Assembly: GCA_964036045.1 (NCBI GenBank)
Contig: OZ038378.1
Span: forward strand, 193,750,001 to 193,814,000
Direction: 5' to 3'
Length of the DNA: 64,000 nucleotides
Source of the DNA: Eutreptiella sp. 'Long Island Sound 2002'
Taxonomy: Eukaryota; Protista; Euglenida
Shown: piece by piece, positions 57,801 to 64,000 of the stretch
Layout: each line of letters starts with the position of its first letter
How positions within the stretch are numbered: the stretch's first letter is position 1
The notes under the pieces: model-generated
Seen by the model: only the letters and a program-made list of their open reading frames with translations
The model's database searches: none
What the model was told of the DNA's origin: nothing
Program-made: the position numbers and the translations under genes

Positions 57801-60800
57801 TGGGGGCGTCACCTGCTCCTGCACCAGTGCTGAGGCCTTAGGCTGCTTCATCGCGGCCAGGAGCACCGCCACTCCGCCGGCGTCGCCAATCTTGACCTTG
57901 TTGTTGTCGTTCACGCTGAGGTCCTTCAATGCCCAGCAGCCCTGGTGCTGCACGGTGGCGACTGCAGGGTGCGCCCGCATCGCGTTGAGGATCGCCGCAA
58001 TGCCCCCGGCCTCAGCCACGCGGACTTTGTTGTCGGCGTTGACGGCCAAATTGCGGAGGGCCGCGCAGCCCTGCTCCTGCACGACGGCCGTGGTCATGTG
58101 GTGGTCCATGGCGCTGATGATCGCAGAGATGCCGTGGCTCTCTGCCACTTTTACTTTGTTGTTATCATTGACGGTGAGGGCGCGGAGCGCGGCGCAGCCT
58201 TGTTCTTGGATTGCTTCAGATTCCTGCGTGAATGGCATGGGCATGGGCTGTGCATGGACCTGGGCCTGGGGCAGGGTGTAGGCCTGGGCATGGTAGTGGC
58301 TGGCACCAGCTACACCACGGGTAGACTACACTGCACTGCACTGCAATACCTCTCTACTGCACCACCCCAGAGTCACTGGCCACTCACTGATTTCTCGCAT
58401 GTGGGACACAGGGGGCCATGTGCATATCCATCTCTCGTTTGCTACACACTGAGAACTCTGTTTTCCAATATCCACATCACTCAACCTGTGGTGCTTGGAT
58501 ATGGTCTGAGGTGATGTAGCGTAGTGTAGTGTAGTGTAGTGTAGTGTAGTGTAGTGTAGTGTAGTTTAGTGTAGTGTAGTGTAGTGTAGTGTAGTGTAGT
58601 GTAGTGTAGTGTAGTGTAGTGTAGTGTAGTGTAGTGTAGTGTAGTGTAGTGTAGTGTAGTGTAGTGTAGTGCCAAGTCAGGCCGGCCGACGACGCCGCCA
58701 CCCACCCTGGGCGCCCCCCGGGGTCAGCGGTGCAGCCTGTGAGGGGCAGACGCACCACTGCCTCACCAAGTGTGCCTCGAGTGCGCGCGTCGACCGTCTA
58801 AGGTGAGACCCACCAGTTCCCAGAAAGCCGGGGCCTGTCGGCGGGACTGGTGTTTCTGAGCGTCCGCTCGCCTGCCCGTGGTGGACCTAGCTTGGTCCGG
58901 GCGCCTCTCTTCTTCGCGCCATGCATGGTGCTCTCGGCCCCCCCTCACCTGGGGCCCATTCCATCGGAGTGCGCGTGTGTGTAACGGCTAGACGTTCTGC
59001 CGATGGACGCCCACTGGGCGGGCCAGCGGACGATGGCTCTAGCGCTCCATGACATGACATGACATAGTGTAGTGTAGTGTAGTGTAGTGTAGTGTAGTGT
59101 AGTGTAGTGTAGTGTAGTGTAGTGTAGTGTAGTGTAGTGTAGTGTAGTGTAGTGTAGTGTAGTGTAGTGTAGTGTAGTGTAGTGTAGTGTAGTGTAGTGT
59201 AGTGTAGTGTAGTGTAGTGTAGTGTAGTGTAGTGTAGTGTAGTGTAGTGTAGTGTAGTGTAGTGTAGTGTAGTGTAGTGTAGTGTAGTGTAGTGTAGTGT
59301 AGTGTAGTGTAGTGTAGTGTAATGTAGTGTAGCGTAGTGTAGTGTAGTATAGTGTAGTGTAGTGTAGTATAGTGTAGTGCAGTGCATTGCAATGTAGTGC
59401 AGTGTAGTGCAGTTGGTGTAGTGTAGTGTCGTGCATGGTGTAGTGTAGTGTGGTGCAGTGTAGTGTCGTGCAGTGTAGTGTCGTGCAGTGCAGTGTAGCA
59501 GAGTGGCTGAGAGGGGGCCAGTAATTTGGGGTAGATCGTTCCACCCTCCTCCATACACAACTCCGCTCTGGTCTGACAGGCCCGCTGATCGGACCGTGAG
59601 CGGAGCCACCTCCCACTGCGTTGCCTGGGGCGCTGTGGGAGGTGCAATGGTGGCTGATGCTTTCAGCACGGTATGGCCCATGATGCTGCATTGGTGGAAT
59701 GGTCTAAGGCACCCTGCTACCTCAGTCTACCTCACAGGTGACCCCCTATGCAATGTGGGACGTCTACTTCATGCGTAGTTGTGGGTACGCAGGCCCTTCT
59801 GGACCGGAGCGTCCCTTGTGGGTAGGCCTACGGTTCTAAGAGCGCCTTGTCCCTCACGGGGGGCCATCTGTGTGGCTCACTCCTAATGTTACTCTACTTT
59901 TCCCTGACATGCGGGTCACGCTGTAGTATTCGCTCTCCTCATTTCCGTTTGTATTGGTGGATAGGGGAGGTTTGTAGTGACGAGTGGCATTGCAGGGGCA
60001 TCTTGTGGCGTGGTGTGTTGTTCGGTAACCGACTGTGTGGGAGTGAAGGTCCCCCCTGTTGGCTGCTGAGTGGCTCTTTTGTGGCTCTTGACCGAGGACC
60101 TGTGCAGTGTGTGTCCTCGGTGGGTGTGGCTTGTCGTGTCCTGGGCAGCCGTGGCTAACTGTGAATGCAGCTGGATGGGCCTCCATCTGCCAGTGTGGGG
60201 TGAAGCTGGCCCAAAAAGACGCGGTGAATAATGCGTGTGTTCTGTGAACATGTGGTCCTTGGGATGTCTGGGTGCAGCTGTGGCGGGCGTAGCTGTCTAG
60301 GCAGGACTGGTTGGAAGGTGGTTGCTGTAGGGATTATGACCTCAAGGAACCCTAGATGGCCGAGAGGAATCCTAGATGACCTAGAGGGAGAAATGAGTGA
60401 AAAATGTGTGCAGGGCGGCACCTGGTGCTGCTTCATTGCGTGCACGATGATTTCGATCCCCCCGGCCTTGGCGATACGGACCATATTGTGGTCATTGACG
60501 GCCAGGTTCCGCAATGCCACGCAGCCGGCCTCCTGCACCGCGGAGGCCGCCTTGTGCTTCTTCATCGCGTTCAAGATCACCACCACGCCTCCTGCAACCG
60601 CCACTTTGAACTTGTTGGTCTCGTTCACTGCGAGGTTCGCCAGCACACCACAGCCTTGCTGCGCGACAGCGGCGCTGGCGGCGTGGTGCTCCATTGCGTC
60701 CAGGATCACAGCAATGCCCCCGGCGGCTGCGATGGAGGTCTTGTTGTTGGCGTTCATGCCAAGATTCCGCAGCACAGCGCAGCCCTGCTCTTGGACAGCG

Positions 60801-60998
60801 GCAGATGCGGAATGCTGCTGCATGGCGTCCAGGATCACTGTGATCGCCCCCGCCTCGGCGATCTTCAGCTTGTTGATGTCGTTCACCGCAAGGCTGCGCA
60901 GCACAGCACATCCCTGCTCGACCACACCAGCAGAGAGGTTCGGCTGCTTCAGGACAGTGATGACTGCTGCGATGCCCCCGGCAGTGACGATCTTGATC
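51824..60998 (-). CDS. Armadillo-repeat + SAM domain protein, 5'-partial (at least 5 exons)
   Basis: Exons 60998-60422, 58223-57813, 56171-55989, 54494-54297, 52183-51824 join in phase via GT-AG. About 9 repeats of 41-42 aa (VQEQGCAALRNLAVNxxNKxKIAxAGGIxxILxAM), then SAM-like DVVGLLHGLGLGQYAAPLMAKGWDSLMVLSSLKPQDLVEFGMKPQQAGAVLAKC. The first three exons are strong; the last is less certain. Confidence 0.82.
54915..55040. mobile_element. MITE-like repeat, family R1 (partial)
   Basis: AAAACCGGTTGGCGAC...GGCGGTTACAAAACCGTTGCAGCCGCAGTTGG...CCCCTTCAAGTGC, colinear with the copy at 1139. Confidence 0.55.
57263..57327 (-). other. tRNA-like remnant (pseudogene or SINE head)
   Basis: TAGTTGGTAG (A-box-like) and GGTTCAAACC (B-box-like) at tRNA spacing; no convincing acceptor stem. 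Confidence 0.3.
58516..58671. repeat. (GTAGT)n microsatellite
   Basis: About 31 pentamer units in an ARM gene intron. Confidence 0.95.
59048..59496. repeat. (GTAGT)n microsatellite with (CATGA)3 head and degenerate tail
   Basis: About 55 near-perfect units, then GTGCA/GTCGT variants. Confidence 0.95.
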
Positions 60999-61078
60999 CT
61001 GAGCAGAAATATGGATCACACGGGGCCTACTGCAGAGTAAATTCCAGATGGCGGAACGCCATGAGTGGGTGTCTCCGC

Positions 61079-61900
61079 CAGTACATTATTCCAAGTTTTC
61101 GGGCAGGCGAGGCGGGGTGGGGTGGGGTGGAGCGGCCAGTACCCTGCCCCTCCCCTTGCGCAAGCACCAGCCAGGTCAGGAAAGTGACGGTCAGACCGGG
61201 TCCTGGTGCTTAGACAAGGCGGTGCAATCGCGCAACACACGGTATCAAAAGAAGGCATGTCCCGAAAACCTGCCCATACCTCACCCTAACCACAATAGTC
61301 GCCACAGGGCGGTTTTGGTGGGGCTGTGGGGTATGGGAGCAACTCTGGGCGCTCCCAAGTTGTAATTCCTCGGTTGTGGAATCTTTCCCATGAGTAGAAC
61401 GACCGATGAAAGTGGCAGGCGCATGCTCACCGGTGGACCGGATGTGCGTGACAGCCAAGCCAGGGGTAACGACATTAGTCATGGCTGAAAACCACACCAA
61501 AACAAAGAGCAGTGGGGGGCAGTAACATTTTCGAAAAATGTACCCCCCCCTTGCGCAAGCACTGCCTTGTCTAAGCACCAGGACCCGGTCTGACCGTCAT
61601 TTTTACCGAATTTTCTGACCACGGCTTTTACGGTCAGAAAGTAGGCAAAGCGTGATTGTGTGCCAATTGTAGAGGGAAAGAGGGGCTGTTTCATGCTTGT
61701 GATGAGTCCTCCTGCTCATAACAACATTGTGCTTACTTGAAAAAATGTACGGGCTGAGAAATATTAATCCCCAGCCAGTAAATTTTTCCAAGTATTTGGG
61801 CGGGGCGGGGCGGGGTGGGGTGGCCAGTACATTTTTCCAACATTTGAAAAAATGTACCGGCTGGGAATTATTAATTCCCAGCTGGTACATTTTTCCAAGT
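61079..61900. repeat. Complex repeat/MITE remnants with inverted segments and hairpins
   Basis: TGACGGTCAGACCGGGTCCTGGTGCTTAGACAAGGC (about 61185-61220) is inverted at about 61564-61599; CCCCTTGCGCAAGCAC occurs twice; 47-bp hairpin at 61848-61894. Confidence 0.6.
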
Positions 61901-62030
61901 TCCCAAGTCCCAAGTTGCTGGCACCAAAGGCGCTGTGGGCAAATTTTTCTTTGTATTTTCCTTGGGATTGGTCAATCAGTGTATGGGCGGGTGGGCGCAA
62001 GCAGTTCTGTCCACACTGTTTGTGCGTCTG

Positions 62031-62103
62031 TGTATGTGTGTGTGTGTGTGTGTGCGTGTCAACATGATCAGTGTGTTCCTGTGTGTGTGTGTGTGTGTGT
62101 GTT
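62031..62103. repeat. Two (TG)n tracts
   Basis: Direct reading of the sequence. Confidence 0.85.
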
Positions 62104-64000
62104 TATGGGTGCCATTGGCGAGGGAGATCCATATGCAGCGATGAGGAGCACGCATAGTAGGGTCACAGCACTGACACCACCTTATGGCCGAGGTTCCCCC
62201 GTTGTGCGCCACGAGAGCCTCTGTGCTGTGCTATGATTACGCCACTTCAGAGCTCGCTCTCCTGTGCCTGGGCACAAAAAGCTGTCGTGGTCATAAAGTG
62301 CACTCTGCCTCCTCATCCAGCACCTTCTCGGGCACAGGGGCTGGGGGTACAATGGGGCAGAGTGATCTGCGCTCTGTGCTTAGGCACTGGGAGTGTACTT
62401 GGCATGTGTGGCGCCCGGTTGACTATGCGGCCGCCTTTGGGACAAACTTGCAAAACACTGAATAAGATAATTGCTACAAAAAATTGAAAGAGGCATAGGG
62501 TCACGCAACCCAAGTACGTCATTGCTAATATCGATATATATCTTGGGGGTCACCAATGAGGGGACAGAATCAAAATCAAAAGTGGCCACCGAATCCCCGC
62601 TCTTGCTAAATGGCTACATAACCCCTGCCGTATTGGTGGTTCCCAATGTGGGAAGGGAATGAAAATGGCGACATGGGCGTTGTCTTCTCGGGGTCCCTGT
62701 AGCTGGGCACAAGCACTATGGCTGCATAAGTGGCCAGTGTTGGCCGCTACAGAAATGCTCTCATGGGTGGTCCTTAAGGATGGTCCTTAATAAAAAGGAT
62801 TCCTTAAGGACCCTCCTGCGCTTGGGCCTAAGACCATGAGTGGCTACTTGGGACACTTTGCAAGGATGGGCCTAAAGGGAAGGCTTGCGAGGCTTGGAGT
62901 GGCCTATTGGCTTGTGACCACACACAACTAATCTACATAGCACTCCACCGCGTTGTACCAACAAAGAACACCATGGGAACGAGGAAAGAGGACAAAAGTA
63001 GGTGATTGCCACCTGCAGGGGCTTCGTGTCACGCAAGCTAAGAAGGGAAACAAGAATCGTGAGAGCCACTCCTAACACCCCCCCCCCCCCTCTCTCTCCC
63101 TCCCTCTCCCTCTACCTCTCAAGTCGGCAAAGCTGTCATGCCTTTGGCCCTAATATCTTGCATGTGCATTGCATTTCAGCATTCTCAATTAGGAGGGTAA
63201 TGGGTCATTGAATGGTTGGCACCCTTCCCATCCCCCTTTGCAATTACCGTGATCTTGCTAGTATCACTTCCATGCCACCAAAAGTTGATGAACTAGAGCT
63301 GCAATTATCGAGTAGATGTAGAGCTATCACCATTGCTAGAACCACTAGAGCCTCATGCAAGCCCTTGTGCTCCATGGCTACCATCTAATGGGTCAACCCT
63401 CCTTAATTGCCACTCCCAATAGGCTTTGTAGAATGATGTGTACTCCGTGCCACCAACCGTTTTGCCACTTTTAACAGCATCTGTGGCTTTGTCAACACAA
63501 CACATTTCGTGGCTCGTCCCTTTTTTGCTCATCCACTCGGTGTTGGGAGGTACTGTCGGATGGCAACGTGCCAAGTGGATCTTGATATTTTGAAACTGTA
63601 AGGTCGCATGGCGCCCGGAAATCGGAAATGGGCACATTTTCATGTCTATGTGTTGCCATGGTGGACAGCAGGCTTAGATGGGAATACAAATGGGCGTCTT
63701 ACGCAACCTTGTGATTAGGGCAAAGCAAATGGTCGACAAACATTGCCTCCTAGCTCAGACGGCAGGATTTCAATTGCCAACAACAACATGCTTATTGCGC
63801 TCGGAGAGGGGACGTTTAAGCGAACGATGAACGCCCAGCGTTGTTGAAGATCAGCATCGTCCATGCAACCCCTTGGGAGGGGGGCTCCCAACACACCTCA
63901 AAGCTGCCACGAAACCTGCAATATCAAGGGGGGGGGGCAGCAGAGCTGGGAGGAGCGGAAACCGCTGCACAACCCCTACGGTGACATTCATGTCTAGGAA

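Noticed and set aside
1474-60998. All three host genes on the minus strand as evidence of polycistronic transcription
   Set aside because: Three genes is too few; a 1-in-4 chance outcome.
60231-61213. Two 269-aa plus-strand ORFs
   Set aside because: Antisense shadows of the GC3-rich ARM exon.

Overview
Repeat-rich eukaryotic nuclear DNA. Weak clues (GTNYG-type splice donors, AG acceptors just upstream of start codons) suggest a euglenid or other trans-splicing protist, but this is not proven. Three intron-containing host genes lie on the minus strand. (1) A probable first exon at 1474-1540; the rest of that gene would lie left of the window. (2) A complete 7-exon RBMX2/Snu17-like RRM gene (413 aa) spread over about 30 kb (12827-42959). 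(3) The 3' part of an armadillo-repeat + SAM protein gene (51824-60998). The most striking feature is a 10,060-bp block in RBMX2 intron 1 (31270-41329): an inverted dimer of a near-intact tyrosine-recombinase (YR) retrotransposon with gene order gag-YR-RT/RNaseH and split direct repeats. Its outer ends are the two halves of one repeat junction, as expected for an integrated circle. Gag and pol are in one frame separated by a single UGA, and the YR ORF starts on that same stop (AUGA) and overlaps the pol frame for 2 kb. Two older degenerate YR elements, a hAT deletion derivative with TIRs and an 8-bp TSD, several MITE/foldback families, RNase H and LINE remnants, a minisatellite and pentamer microsatellites fill the rest. 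All alignments and exon models were made by eye; no database searches were run.
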